From the NCBI GenBank assembly GCA_950097015.1, contig CATNEN010000007.1, positions 1,736,001 through 1,800,000 on the forward strand: 64,000 nucleotides of DNA. The letters are read 5' to 3'. A program made the position numbers and the translations under genes. Source of the stretch: Macrostomum hystrix. Taxonomy: Eukaryota; Animalia; Platyhelminthes. Under the pieces are notes generated by a model. The model did not search any database. It saw nothing but the letters and a program-made list of their open reading frames with translations, and was not told the origin of the DNA. Below are positions 10,801 to 24,200 of this stretch, one piece after another (position 1 is the first letter of the stretch; every line of letters begins with the position of its first letter).

Positions 10801-13800
10801 AGTCGGAGAGTGTCTAACAGGTAGCCGGAGAGTGTCTAACAGGTAGCCGGAGAGTGTCTAACAGGTAGTCGGAGAGTGTCTGACAGGTAGTTGGAGAGTG
10901 TCTGACAGGTAGTTGGAGGGTGTCTGACATGTAGTCGGAGAGTGTCTAACAGGTAGTCGGAGGGTGTCTAACAGATAGTCGGAGGGTGTCTAACAGGTAG
11001 TCGGAGAGTGTCTAACAGGTAGCCGGAGAGTGTCTAACAGGTAGTCGGAGAGTCTAAGAGGTAGTCGGAGGGTGTCTAACAGGTAGTCGGAGAGTTTCTA
11101 ACAGGTAGTCGGAGAGTGTCTGACAGGTAGTCGGAGGGTGTCTAACAGGTAGTCGGAGAGTGTCTAACAGGTAGTTGGAGGGTGTCTAACAGGTAGTCGG
11201 AGAGTTTCTAACAGGTAGTCGGAGAGTGTCTGACAGGTAGTCGGAGGGTGTCTAACAGGTAGTCGGAGAGTGTCTAACAGGTAGTTGGAGGGTGTCTAAC
11301 AGGTAGTCGGAGAGTGTCCTTCTGCTTACTGTGAGTATAGATGGCCCTGAGCTCGTCCCTAGTCAGAGAGCTGATGCAGCGATCCACTAGCGGCAGAATA
11401 TCATTCTGCTTGACGCCCCAATGGGTCCAGGCGTCCTCGTTGAGGCCTCGACAATTGTGACGTCGATTGAGTCCAGAATTGCCGCGGCGGCAGCAGCGAC
11501 AGATATCTAGAGACTCCTGAAAGGTAGTTTTTTCATAAATTTAATTGTCTTTCAAAGCCAGTAGCTCAGGAAAATTCTTTTTCATTTTTTCGACAAATTA
11601 AAAGTCGGCGTACCTTGCACTGCAGCAGCCGCGCCAGCAGCCGCTCTCCCTGCTGGCAGCCCTGAGTAGCGAACTGAAATGCACGCATGAGATCACTGAT
11701 GTGGAGTGACTCTCATGTGGAGTGACTCTGATGTGGAGTGACTCTGATGTGGAGTGACTCTGATGTGGAGTGACTCTGATGTGGAGTGACTCTGATGTGG
11801 AGTGACTCATGTGGAGTGACTCATGTGGAGTGACTGATGTGGAGTGACTCATGTGGAGTGACTGATGTGGAGTGACTCATGTGGAGTGACTCTCATTCTA
11901 GCAATTCTAGCGAATGACAAACCTTCAGGTACAGCCGTTCCAGACGATCTCTGTTGAGCACAGCGCTGGCTGAGACGCCGAAGTTCATAAACAGCTCCAC
12001 GAAGCCAACCTGCTGGGACATCAGCGCCCTGGCCATCATGCGACTCAAGTTGAGCTCCTTTAATCGCTGCTTACTCAACCCGGACAGAATCTGCGCCTCG
12101 GCGATGTCTGCCCGATCCCAGGCCATCGCCAGCATCATCTGCGTGTTCAGGTCGGACTTGAAGTCCCGATGGCGAAACACCACGTCCAGGATGACCCGGC
12201 TGAAGTCGCAGTCGGTCAGCGGGTCGAAGACCGCCAGCAAGTCGGCTGGGAGAGCCTCGGCCGAGGGAAATGCGAAACGGTACAGGGCTCGCTCGAGTGC
12301 GCGCCGCTCCTGCGGCCCGCTGACGTTGACGTACTCCGCCACCAGCTCCTTGATGCGCAGACGAACTGTCGACTCGGACAGGGTCGCCGCGTCCAGGGCA
12401 CTTCCGGAAGCCAGCACGGCGGCCGCGGTCGAGCGCAAGTCGCTGGCCCAGGCGAGCTTATCGGCAGAACGGCCGCTGCCGCGAACCGCGATCACCGGCG
12501 TGCCCTCGTCGGCTGCCTTCTCGGCCATCATCAGGGTGTGCTTGCCGCCCTCGACGCAGATCTGCAACACAGGCGGGATGCTGCAGGTTCGACGGCCGGT
12601 TTGGGCGTTGACGGCGCGCATTTTTGTTACGACAAATTTTTCTAGCTCGGTTCGAAGTCGAATCTCTCGGCCGCCCAGGCCAACCGAGCCGTCGTCAACC
12701 AGGATGAAGTGGGTGTGATTCTTGTCCAGCCGGTAGACTGTCGACCGCTTCAACATCGCTTCTGACGCGCTGGCGTTGGCGGCGGCCAACTCCTCGTCGC
12801 CTTTTGCGTAGTCGTAGCGTCGGATGTTCTCACCGGCGATCGGTTGCCCGCCCTGAGTGACGCAGATGGAGTGACGCGGATGGAGTGACACGGGCGTAGT
12901 GACGCGGATGGAGTGACGCAGATGGAGTGACGCGGATGGAGTGACACGGGCGTAGTGACGCGGATGGAGTGACGCGGATGGAGTGACGCGGATAGAGTGA
13001 CGCGGATGAAGTGACGCAGATGGAGTGACGCGGATGGAGTGACACGGGTGGAGTGACACGGGTGGAGTGACACGGGTGGAGTGACACGGGTGGAGTGACA
13101 CGGGTGGAGTGACACGGGTGGAGTGACACGGGTGGAGTGACACGGGTGGAGTGACACGGGTGGAGTGACACGGGTGGAGTGACACGGGTGGAGTGACACG
13201 GGTGGAGTGACACGGGTGGAGTGACACGGGTGGAGTGACACGGGTGGAGTGACACGGGTGGAGTGACACGGGTGGAGTGACACGGGTGGAGTGACATCGG
13301 TGACACGACTAAATGACTAGCCATGTTTAAAGAAGCTGCTGAATCATTTCAAACCTTTGTGTAGTCATCATCGTCCTCGAGCATGTGATTGTTGTGAATG
13401 TTGCCCCAGGAGTTCAGCCCGATGAGGCTGATGTTGCTGACGTCGCTACCAACGAAGCTGGCCTTCTCCATCACCATGCCAATCTGGGCTGCAGCTCCGA
13501 TGTTGAAGCCGTGGGTGAAAATCCACACCTCTGCAAATGAAGCGCGAAATACTCGAAGTATTAGATAAATGTAAATCACGTTAAAAAGCGTTTTGAAAAT
13601 ACGAATATTCTAGATAGTGCAAAGAATACCAAAAGTAAAAATTATTCCGTAAAAATAAATTAAGAAAATGCAACTATGCTCGCAATTAGAAAACTAAAGT
13701 TATTAGAAACTTATAATTATAACGCGACTTTAAATTATATTGCGAAACATTAAAAAGTACATGTGAATATAAAATTACAACTGAATATTAAAGTACAACT

Positions 13801-16027
13801 AAATATAGGAAGTACAATTAAGCCTAAAATTAGAAAAATATCTTGAAGAACAAGAGAAAACAAAAGGCTTACACAATTTTCAGATTTAATACTCGTAGAT
13901 AAAAATTATACCAAACCCAGTCGGGCCAGATGTGTAACCAGTTCAGTCCATGGACTGGGGATGCCAATCTCCAACCCCGAGGCAACCCAAAGGTGGCTGA
14001 ACGGGTGGCAATAGGAAATCAAGTGTCTTTTCTCATAGGCTGAGATTAGAACTCGGGACCTCGAGGACTCTTGAAGAGGATTTGAGAATTAAGCGCCAAG
14101 CTAAAAATGAATCCTGCATTACTTACTCTGCTGGCCGGAGGTCACGCTGAGCACGGCTTGAGTTAGTTTCTCGGCGAAATTTTTAGAAAATCCCGAAAAA
14201 TTTCCGGCGCCTCCGTTCAAACTGAGAACATAGTCCGGATAGGGCAGGCCCCATTTGTCCTTGTCCGTGAGCAGACTCCACAGGGCCTCCATGCTGGCCC
14301 CGGTGGCCTGAATGCGAATGAACTGCATGGGGTGGGATATTGCCGACTTGTTCGTTTCAGCTGAGAAAATCTATGATATTATTATTTCTACCCTGCCTAC
14401 CGACCTACCCTGCCTACCGACCTACCCTGCCTACCGACCTACCCTGCCTACCGACCTACCCTGCCTACCGACCTACCCTGCCTACCGACCTACCCTGCCT
14501 ACCGACCTACCCTGCCTACCGACCTACCCTGCCTACCGACCTACCCTGCCTACCGACCTACCCTGCCTACCGACCTACCTTGCCTACCGACCTACCCTGC
14601 CTACCGACCTACCCTGCCTACCGACCTACCCTGCCTACCGACCTACCCTGCCTACCGACCTACCCTGCCTACCGACCTACCCGGCCTACCGACCTGCCCC
14701 ACCTACCGACCTACCCTGCCTACCGACCTACCCTGCCTACCGACCTGCCCCACCTACCGACCTACCCTGCCTACCGACCTACCCTGCCTACTGACCTGCC
14801 CCACCTACCGACCTACCCTGCCTACTGACCTGCCCCACCTACCGACCTACCCTGCCTACCGACCTACCCTGCCTACCGACCTACCCTGCCCATGGACCTA
14901 CCCTGCCTACCGACCTACCCTGCCTATCTCCTAGTTACTAAACTACGTCGTAACCCATCTCAAAACTGTCAACTTGATAACCTACTTTCCAAATCTACCA
15001 ATTACAACTATCTACTAGCCATGATTGGCTACCTTCGGACAATTATCCGGGCTGACTCGACCGAAATCGCGAAATTTAATCTTTCCATGCGCATTTGTTG
15101 GAGTCCTGGAACAGCAGGTGTCGCAGTCCCAGGCGCCCTGCTGCTGCTGCTGCTGCTGACCCGCCTCTGCGGCAGCCGAGGCCTCAGCTATGCCCCTGTC
15201 TTTGTGCCATAGTCGGTCCCTGTTGCATTCGCATGAGCGATCTTCGCTGCAAAGATTGAGTGATGCAGGGAGATACAAAGAGTATAGATTGAGAGATGCG
15301 GGGAGATACAAAGAGTATAGATTGAGAGATGCGGGGAGATACAAAGAGTATAGATTGAGAGATGCAGGGAGATACAAAGAGTATAGATTGAGAGATGCAG
15401 GGAGATACAAAAAGCATAGATTGAGAGATGCGGGGAGATACAAAGAGTATAGATTGAGAGATGCGGGGAGATACAAAGAGTATAGATTGAGAGATGCAGG
15501 GAGATACAAAGAGTATAGATTGAGAGATGCAGGGAGATACAAAAAGCATAGATTGAGAGATGCATGGAGATACAAAGAACAAAGATTGAGAGATGCAGGG
15601 AGATACAAAGAACAAAGATTGAGAGATGCATGGAGATACAAAGAGTATAGATTGAGAGATGCAGGGAGATACAAAGAGTATAGATTGAGAGATGCAGGGA
15701 GATACAAAGAGTATAGATTGAGAGATGCAGGGAGATACAAAGAGTATAGATTGAGAGATGCAGGGAGATACAAAGAGTATAGATTGAGAGATGCAGGGAG
15801 ATACAAAGAGCATAGATTGAGAGATGCATGGAGATACAAAGAACAAAGATTGAGAGATGCAGGGAGATACAAAGAACAAAGATTGAGAGATGCATGGAGA
15901 TACAAAGAGTATAGATTGAGAGATGCATGGAGATACAAAGAGCGGGAGAAACAAAATCCTCACCTGTACTGGTTCCTCACATACTTGTTACACTCGAGTC
16001 GTTGAAAATGTTCTTTAACGAATCGAT
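4900..16027 (-). CDS. TRPM-family cation channel (about 1250 aa reconstructed; start exon not identified)
   Basis: Exons on the minus strand: 15964-16027, 15033-15246, 14127-14322, 13355-13530, 11923-12852, 11614-11661, 11330-11516, 10372-10553, 10165-10289, 9055-9457, 7294-7896, 6657-6834, 6404-6509, 5344-5555, 4900-5033. All introns are GT-AG and all phases are compatible. Motifs: PTNAHGKIKF, SLOG/MHR (LDKNHTHFILVDDG, PPVLQICVEGG, PVIAVRGSGRSAD), DLFVWAML, S4-S5 SLGPKVLMIIEM, pore PYWQMYGE, S6 LLLNLLIAMF, EYYYRPCLPPPL. Minus-strand AATAAA at 4830-4835. Confidence 0.92.
5586..6380. repeat. 33-bp minisatellite in TRPM intron
   Basis: Unit CAGCAGCTGTGCCCTCCTGACCAACTCAGTGT(G/T)T. Confidence 0.95.
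6955..7068 (+). mobile_element. SINE family A 5' (tRNA-like head) fragment
   Basis: TGGCAGAGCGG A-box and GAGCTCGAATCC B-box-like motif; continues GCGGCGAGGCCA...TTTGGGGCGCAGCCGCGGA as in the 58092 copy. Confidence 0.75.
7060..7273 (-). mobile_element. SINE family B (tRNA-derived, CORE-like)
   Basis: Minus-strand head TGTAGCCTAGTGGCTAGAGC...GGTTCGATTCC (A and B boxes); body matches 56140-56400 and 62870-63056. Confidence 0.8.
7980..8975. repeat. 23-bp minisatellite in TRPM intron
   Basis: Unit CTGGAATAATCTCCTGTTAGACA. Confidence 0.95.
9640..10125. repeat. Degenerate C-rich minisatellite (period about 68 bp) in TRPM intron
   Basis: AGTG(C/T)CCAAACACC recurs at 9961 and 10029. Confidence 0.85.
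10570..11318. repeat. 22-bp minisatellite in TRPM intron
   Basis: Unit GTGTCTAACAGGTAGTCGGAGA. Confidence 0.95.
11698..11893. repeat. 14-17-bp repeat (GTGGAGTGACTC..AT) in TRPM intron
   Basis: Directly visible. Confidence 0.9.
12855..13295. repeat. 15-bp minisatellite (GTGGAGTGACACGGG) in TRPM intron
   Basis: Directly visible; abuts the splice acceptor at 12853-12855. Confidence 0.95.
13940..14070 (-). mobile_element. Degenerate SINE family B fragment
   Basis: CAGTCCATGGACTGGGGA is shared with 7095-7115 and 62873-62890. Confidence 0.5.
14390..14925. repeat. 17-bp minisatellite (CCTACCGACCTACCCTG) in TRPM intron
   Basis: Directly visible. Confidence 0.95.
15255..15940. repeat. 33-bp minisatellite in TRPM intron
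   Basis: Unit GAGATGCAGGGAGATACAAAGAGTATAGATTGA. Confidence 0.95.
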
Positions 16028-16462
16028 CTAGACTGTCTGTTGTCATTTAATTTGTGTTCAAATTTCTCCTGTAGTTCCTCAAAATTCATTGAACCGCATG
16101 CCAAACCATAAGGTGCAAATTTTCGGGGCCGAGAGAATTTATTGTTTTCGCCATTTGTAACTATTTTATTCTCGAAGAGAAAAAAAGAAATTTCCTTACC
16201 AGAGTTTTTGTTCACAATGAGCTTCGCTTTTAAGCACTCTCTCACCTCTCTCCCCTCTGTCCATCCTTGGTGAACTCTTATCTCTAATCACCTCTCTCCC
16301 CTCTATCCCTCTCCATTCTTTGCATCTCTGGCCACGCAAAGTAAAGTACTTTGAGCATGGGGTGAGCTCAGTGTTTGAAGACTGTACGCTGTTGTGTACA
16401 GCAGCTGAGGACTAGAGGCTCATTTCTACTTTTCTTTAAGTAATTCTTCTGCCCTTATAAAT

Positions 16463-19400
16463 ATGAATACTGAATACTGAATACTGAATACTGAATACTG
16501 AATACTGAATACTGAATACTGAATACTGAATACTGAATACTGAATACTGAATACTGAATACTGAATACTGAATACTGAATACTGAATACCGAATACTGAA
16601 TACTGAATACTGAATACTAAATACTCAATACTCAATACTGAATACTCAATACTGAATACTGAATACTGAATACTGAATACTGAATACTGAATACTGAATA
16701 CTGAATACTGAACACTGAATACTGAATACTGAATACTGAATACTGAATACTGAATACTGAATACTGAATACTGAATACTGAATACTGAATACTGAATACT
16801 GAATAATGAATAATGAATAATGAATACTGAATACTGAATACTGAATACTGAATACTGAATACTGAATACTGAATACTGAATAATGAATACTGAATACTGA
16901 ATACTGAATACTGAATACTGAATACTGAATACTGAATACTGAATACTGAATACTGAATACTGAACACTGAATACTGAATACTGAATACTGAATACTGAAT
17001 ACTGAATACTGAATACTGAATACTGAATACTGAACACTGAATACTGAATACTGAATACTGAATACTGAATACTGAATACTGAATACTGAATACTGAATAC
17101 TGAATACTGAATACTGAATACTGAATACTGAATACTGAATACTGAATACTGAATACTGAACACTGAATACTGAATACTGAATACTGAATACTGAATACTG
17201 AATACTGAATACTGAATACTGAATAATGAATACTGAATACTGAATACTGAATACTGAATACTGAATACTGAATACTGAATACTGAATACTGAATACTGAA
17301 TACTGAATAATGAATAATGAATAATGAATACTGAATACTGAATACTGAATACTGAATACTGAATACTGAATACTGAATACTGAATACTGAATACTAAATA
17401 CTGAATACTAAATACTGAATACTAAATACTGAATACTGAATACTGAATACTGAATACTGAATACTGAATACTGAATACTGAATACTGAATACTGAATACT
17501 GAATACTGAATACTGAATACTAAATACTGAATACTAAATACTGAATACTAAATACTCAATACTGAATACTGAATACTGAATACTGAATACTGAATACTGA
17601 ATACTGAATACTGAATACTGAATACTGAATACTGAATACTGAATACTGAATACTGAATACTGAATACTCAATACTCAATACTGAATACTGAATACTGAAT
17701 ACTGAATACTGAATACTGAATACTGAATACTGAATACTGAATACTGAATACTGAATACTGAATACTGAATACTGAATACTGAATACTGAATACTGAATAC
17801 TGAATACTGAATACTGAATACTGAATACTGAATACTGAATACTAAATACTCAATACTCAATACTGAATACTGAATACTGAATACTGAATACTGAATACTG
17901 AATACTGAATACTGAATACTGAATACTGAATACTGAATAATGAATACTGAATACTGAATACTGAATACTGAATACTGAATACTGAATACTGAATACTGAA
18001 TACTGAATACTGAATACTGAATAATGAATAATGAATAATGAATACTGAATACTGAATACTGAATACTGAATACTGAATACTGAATACTGAATACTGAATA
18101 CTGAATACTAAATACTGAATACTAAATACTGAATACTGAATACTAAATACTCAATACTGAATACTGAATACTGAATACTGAATACTGAATACTGAATACT
18201 GAATACTGAATACTGAATACTGAATACTGAATACTGAATACTGAATACTGAATACCGAATACTGAATACTGAATACTGAATACTGAATACTGAATACTGA
18301 ATACTGAATACTGAATACTGAATACTGAATACTGAATACTGAATACTGAATACTGAATACTGAATACTGAATACTGAATACTGAATACTGAATACTGAAT
18401 ACTGAATACTGAATACTGAATACTGAATACTGAATACTGAATACTGAATACTGAATACTGAATACTGAATACTGAATACTGAATACTGAATACTGAATAC
18501 TGAATACTGAATACTGAATACTGAATACTGAATACTGAATACTGAATACTGAATACTAAATACTCAATACTCAATACTGAATACTGAATACTGAATACTG
18601 AATACTGAATACTGAATACTGAATACTGAATACTGAATACTGAATACTGAATACTGAATACTGAATAATGAATAATGAATAATGAATACTGAATACTGAA
18701 TACTGAATACTGAATACTGAATACTGAATACTGAATACTGAATACTCAATACTGAATACTGAATACTGAATACTGAATACTGAATACTGAATACTGAATA
18801 CTGAATACTGAATACTGAATACTGAATACTGAATACTGAATACTGAATACTGAATACTGAATACTGAATACTGAATACTGAATACTGAATACTGAATACT
18901 GAATACTGAATACTGAATACTGAATACTGAATACTGAATACTGAATACTGAATACTGAATACTGAATACTGAATACTGAATACTGAATACTGAATACTGA
19001 ATACTGAATACTGAATACTGAATACTGAATACTGAATACTGAATACTGAATACTGAATACTCAATACTGAATACTGAATACTGAATACTGAATACTGAAT
19101 ACTAAATACTCAATACTGAATACTGAATACTGAATACTGAATACTGAATACTGAATACTGAATACTGAATACTGAATACTGAATACTGAATACTGAATAC
19201 TGAATACTGAATAATGAATAATGAATAATGAATACTGAATACTGAATACTGAATACTGAATACTGAATACTGAATACTGAATACTCAATACTCAATACTG
19301 AATACTGAATACTGAATACTGAATACTGAATACTGAATACTGAATACTGAATACTGAATACTGAATACTGAATACTGAATACTGAATACTGAATACTGAA

Positions 19401-19735
19401 TACTGAATACTGAATACTGGATTCTGAATACTGAATACTGAATACTGAATACTGAATACTGGATTCTGAATACTGAATACTGAATACTGAATACTGAATA
19501 CTGAATACTGAATACTGAATACTGAATACTGAATACTGAATACTGAATACTCAATCCTCAATACTGAATACTGAATACTGAATACTGAATACTCAATACT
19601 CAATACTGAATACTGAATACTGAATACTGAATACTGAATACTGAATACTAAATACTGAATACTGAATACTGAATACTGAATACTGAATACTGAATACTGA
19701 ATACTGAATACCGAATACTGAATACTGAATACTGA
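16463..19735. repeat. 3.3-kb heptamer satellite (GAATACT)n, roughly 465 units
   Basis: Directly visible, with recurrent variants (GAATAAT triplets, CAATACT, AAATACT). Confidence 0.98.
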
Positions 19736-20047
19736 AAGCTGAAATACAAAGTGGCAGTTTTTATTTATTGTTCATTCTTTCGAAAATTAAGAAAACGAAT
19801 AAGGCATTGAAGTACATTATGCTACAATACGCTACTTATAGTAGTGTAGTACGTATCTTCTTGTAGTACGTATTTGTCTAAATTATAAATATATATTCCA
19901 GACAATTCTAGTGGGACAATGCCTTGAATTGCCATTTTAATATCTGAGTAACAAAAATTGTTTCTCGAATTTTCCAGTGGCATCAATCTTCGCAATCTCC
20001 TAGGCAACAACGAATGAAATGGATATGCAAAATACGCATAGACATAC

Positions 20048-20460
20048 GCCCTTCTGCCTCTCCGCCCCTTCTGCCTTGCATCTCCGCCCCTTCTCCCTCT
20101 CCGCCCTTTCTGCCTCTCCGCCCCTTCTGCATCTCCGCCCCTTCTGCATCTCCGCCCCTTCTGTCTCTCCGCCCCTTCTGCATCTCCGCCCCTTCTGCAT
20201 CTCCGCCCCTTCTGCGTCTACGCCCCTTCTCCCTCTCCGCCCCTTCTGCCTCTCCGCCCCTTCTGCATCTCCGCCCCTTCTGTCTCTCCGCCCCTTCTGC
20301 ATCTCCGCTCCTTCTGCATATCCGCCCCTTCTGCATATCCGCCCCTTCTGCATCTCCGCCCCTTCTGCCTCTCCGCCCCTTGTCCCTCTCCGCCACTTCT
20401 GCCTCTCCGCCCCTTGCCCTCTCCGCCCCTTCTGCCTCTCCGCCCCTCTCCCTCTCCGCC
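20048..20460. repeat. 17-bp minisatellite (CTCCGCCCCTTCTGCAT)
   Basis: Directly visible. Confidence 0.9.
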
Positions 20461-20795
20461 TTCCTCCCACCTCCATTCCCCAGTGTCCACCGCGTGCTTT
20501 GTTGCATGTTTGCCGTCAGAGTCGATCTTAAATTTTAGAGTTTTTGTATCTCGAGAAAACCGTTTGTGTATTTTAAAAAAAGTGCTCATTATTCGCTTCT
20601 TTCAAATCAGTTCCGCAGTTATTCTTTTTCCATCGCCGTCTAACCAAACCCTCCTCGGCAGCGCAGTCTCCTTTGCTAGATCCCGCCTTCATTATCTCTT
20701 CTTCTAATGGCATTTGAGCTGCACCGAAACAGCTGAAGCGATTCCAAGCCAGGCTCGACTGAAAATCGCGGGCCACGCGGCTGGCTGACTGGCTG

Positions 20796-20915
20796 GTTGC
20801 CACTAGCAACCGTGCAATGACTGCAGCATCTACAGGTGCCTCTGCTCCAGCTGTGACAGGCGGGGGGAATTCTTAGCCACCAACCCCACTTGGAAATATA
20901 GGCTGCCATGGCAAC
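20796..20915. promoter_or_regulatory. Two RFX X-box motifs upstream of the CCDC154-like gene
   Basis: GTTGCCACTAGCAAC (20796-20810) and GCTGCCATGGCAAC (20902-20915) versus consensus GTTGCCATGGCAAC; 300-400 bp before ATG 21215. Confidence 0.6.
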
Positions 20916-21214
20916 TTGAAGCTTCGTGTCTTCCCCCTCCCCAGTCTCTCTCTCCAGCGTCATCCCAGAGCTGTACCTGTCTCTCTCTCCCATTTTCAGC
21001 AGAATTTGCTTCTAGAGCCGGGACGTCATTCTTTTTTGCAGCCAATTGAAGTCGGAATTGGCCAACGGCCTTATATTTCTTAAACAAAGCTGGGCGTATA
21101 GGACGAGGTTTGGGAGAGAAGCATTAGTGCATTATTGCAAATAAAATTCCCAACTCACGTGTTGGTGAAGCTGCTCAAGTGTACCAATTCGCTTCCGGGC
21201 TAAATTACTAACCC

Positions 21215-24200
21215 ATGTACAACTTCAAACAGAACTTTGTACCTCGCAGCAAGGATGACAGGTGAGTTTTTCTGCATGCTTTTCAAGTTAGCAAATAAGG
21301 AAAATAGGCTTGGTGGGATATGGGCTGATGGGATGTCGGCTAATGGGATATCAGCTGATGGGATATCGGCTGATGGGATGTCGGCTGATGGGATATCGGC
21401 TGATGGGATATCAGATGATGGGATATCGGCTGATGGGATGTCGGCTGATGGGATATCGGCTGATGGGATATTGGCTGATGGGATATCGGCTGATGGGATG
21501 TCGGCTGATGGGATATCGGCTGATGGGATATCGGCTGATGGGATATCGGCTGATGGGATATCGGCTGATGGGATATCGGCTGATGGGATATCGGCTGATG
21601 GGATATCGGCTGATGGGATGTCGGCTGATGGGATGTCGGCTGATGGGATGTCGGCTGATGGGATGTCGGCTGATGGGATATCAGCTGATGGGATATCGGC
21701 TGATGGGATGTCGGCTGATGAGATTCCTCTCATGATTCCCCTCGCATCCCATTTGCTCCCGAACTCACAGCTGGGATCTGCCAGCTTTGAGCACCGCCCG
21801 AACGCAGCACGAGAAGCCGCGGCAGCACCAGTCTCATCAGCAGCAGCAGCATCAGCAGCAGCTGGTTCCAATTCGGGCCGAGTCGCTGGAGGACCATCGT
21901 TCAATGTCCAGCGGCAACAACCTGACCAGCGACAGCGACGAAAGGCTGCGCAACCTGGAGACTCGCCTGCGGGTGGCGGAGAAGTCCAACAGGGCCCTGC
22001 TGGAGGAAGTCGTCCGCCTGCAGTCGGAGCTGAAGGCCGTCTCAAGGCGAGGCGAGGACGCTCTGCGAGATGAACGACGGGCCAGGCAGATGCTGGAGGG
22101 CGCGGTGAAGAGCAGTGGAGACCTGGTCAATCAGCTCGCTCAGAGGCTGCGAACTCAGGCAAGACTCTGCTCGCTTCAGGCAGTGATTAGCGGCGGAACT
22201 CCTCCGTCGGAGAAAATTCATATTCAACTTGGACCGAAAACCCAGTGAAGGCTATCGAGCAATTGTCAATTGACGTCGATCGATTTGCGACCAATTATCG
22301 ATCGATTTGCGGCCAATTATCGATCGATTTGCGACCAATTATCGATCGATTTGCGACCAATTATCGATCGATTTGCGACCAATTATCGATCGATTTGCGG
22401 CCAATTATCGATCCATTTGCGACCAATTATCGATTTTACGACTAATTATCGATCGATTTACGACCAATTATCGATCGATTTGCGGCCAATTATCGATCGA
22501 TTTAGACCAATTATCGATCGATTTAGACCAATTATCGATCGATTTACGACCAATTCTGGATCGATTTACGACCAATAATCGATCGATTTGCGGCCAATTA
22601 TCGATCGATTTGCGGCCAATTATCGATCGATTTACGACCAATTATTGATTTTACGACCAATTATCGATCGATTAAGAACCAGTTATCGATTGATTTCCGA
22701 CAAATTATCGATCAATCTACCTTCTCTATCTTCCAGCTCAGTCGACAATCGATACTCATTCGATAATCAATAAATATATTTTAGAACTCTTGACCTAAAG
22801 TTGAATCAGAAAAATCAATAGAAAAAATCTCAATATTCGCAGGAGGATCGACTTGCTGAAGAGCGAACTCGGCTGGACGGTCTGGCCGAAGCGGGCGCCC
22901 GCAAGGAGGCCCAGCAGGCCAGAGTGGCCACGCTGGAGCGCGATGTCGAGGCCCTCGAGCAGGCGAGAGCCAGGGCGGAGCGCCAGACGGCGCGTCTGCT
23001 CGAAGAGATGCGCGGCCTGAGGTCGCGCGTCGAGGATCATCAGCAGCTGAGCCAGCGGCCGCAACTGCAGCATCAGCAGCAGCAGCAGCATCAGCGTTCA
23101 AGGCATCTCTCAGCGCAGGAGGCCGAGGGCGAACTTCTAGAAGACGGCGGCGGCGATATGCGGCGAGAGATCGTCGATCTGAGGTCAAGACTTCGCGGCG
23201 AAGCCGATGAAAGGCGCCGGTTGGAGCAGCGACTCGAGGAGAAGCTGGCCGAAGCGCTGAAGGCGGCTTCGATAGCCGTTTCCGACCAGCATCCGGTGCT
23301 GGCCGCTGCTGACCGGCTGGCTCTTCAGGTAAGAGTGACAGACAGATTGTTGGAGTGACAGACAGATTGCTTGAGTGGCAGACAGATTGTTGGAGTGACA
23401 GATTCAGTGTGACAGAGACTCAGGGTGAGAGTTTCAGAGTGACAGACTCTGAGTGACAGTTTCAGAGTGACAGTTTCAGAGTGACAGATTCAGAGTGACA
23501 TATTCAGAGTGACAGACCCAGAGTGACATATTCAGAGTGACTGATTCAGAGTGACAGTTTCAGAGTGACAGTTTCAGAGTGACAGATTCAGAGTGACAGA
23601 TTCAGAGTGACAGATTCAGAGTGACAGATTCAGAGTGAAAGAGATTGAATAATCTGCCCCAACCAACCAGGCCCGCATCCAAGAAGCCATGGAGACCCTC
23701 AATCAGCGCATCCTGGAGAAGGAGGTCCGGCTGCGCGAGGACGCCGCCCGCAGCCAGGCGGAGGCTGAGCGCCTCATCCTGCGCGAGCAGGAGGCCCGCC
23801 TCACTCAGGAGCGCGAGCAGCGGCATCAGCAGGAGCAGCGCTGGGAGGCTCTGCGCAAAGCTCAGGAGGAGGAACTCGCCGGAGCTCGGCGGGCCCAGCG
23901 GGCGGAGCTGGCCGAGGCAGCCGAGACGACCAGCGCGCTGCAGGAGTCGGTGCAGGCCCTGGAGCGCCGGATTCAGGTGGGACTGCTTTGGCATTTTCAC
24001 CCTCCAATGTGCCTTGTCCCACTGTGATAATGGACGGTGAGAGGTGAAGTAGTTGAGAGGTGGAGTGGTTGAGAGATGGAGTGGGTGAGAGATGGAGTGG
24101 GTGAGAGGTAGAGTGGGTGGGAGGTGGAGTGGGTGAGAGGTGGATTAGAGTCTAGTCCCTAAGGTAAAGTCGAAGGAGTGTTGTACATACAACCTTTTAA

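Noticed and set aside
16290-16360. Candidate TRPM first exon (MLKVLYFAWPEMQRMERDRGER)
   Set aside because: Phase-compatible but the donor is weak, the sequence is low complexity and there is no homology support, so it was left out of the gene model.
16426-19603. SIQYSVF-repeat ORFs
   Set aside because: Translations of the (GAATACT)n satellite.
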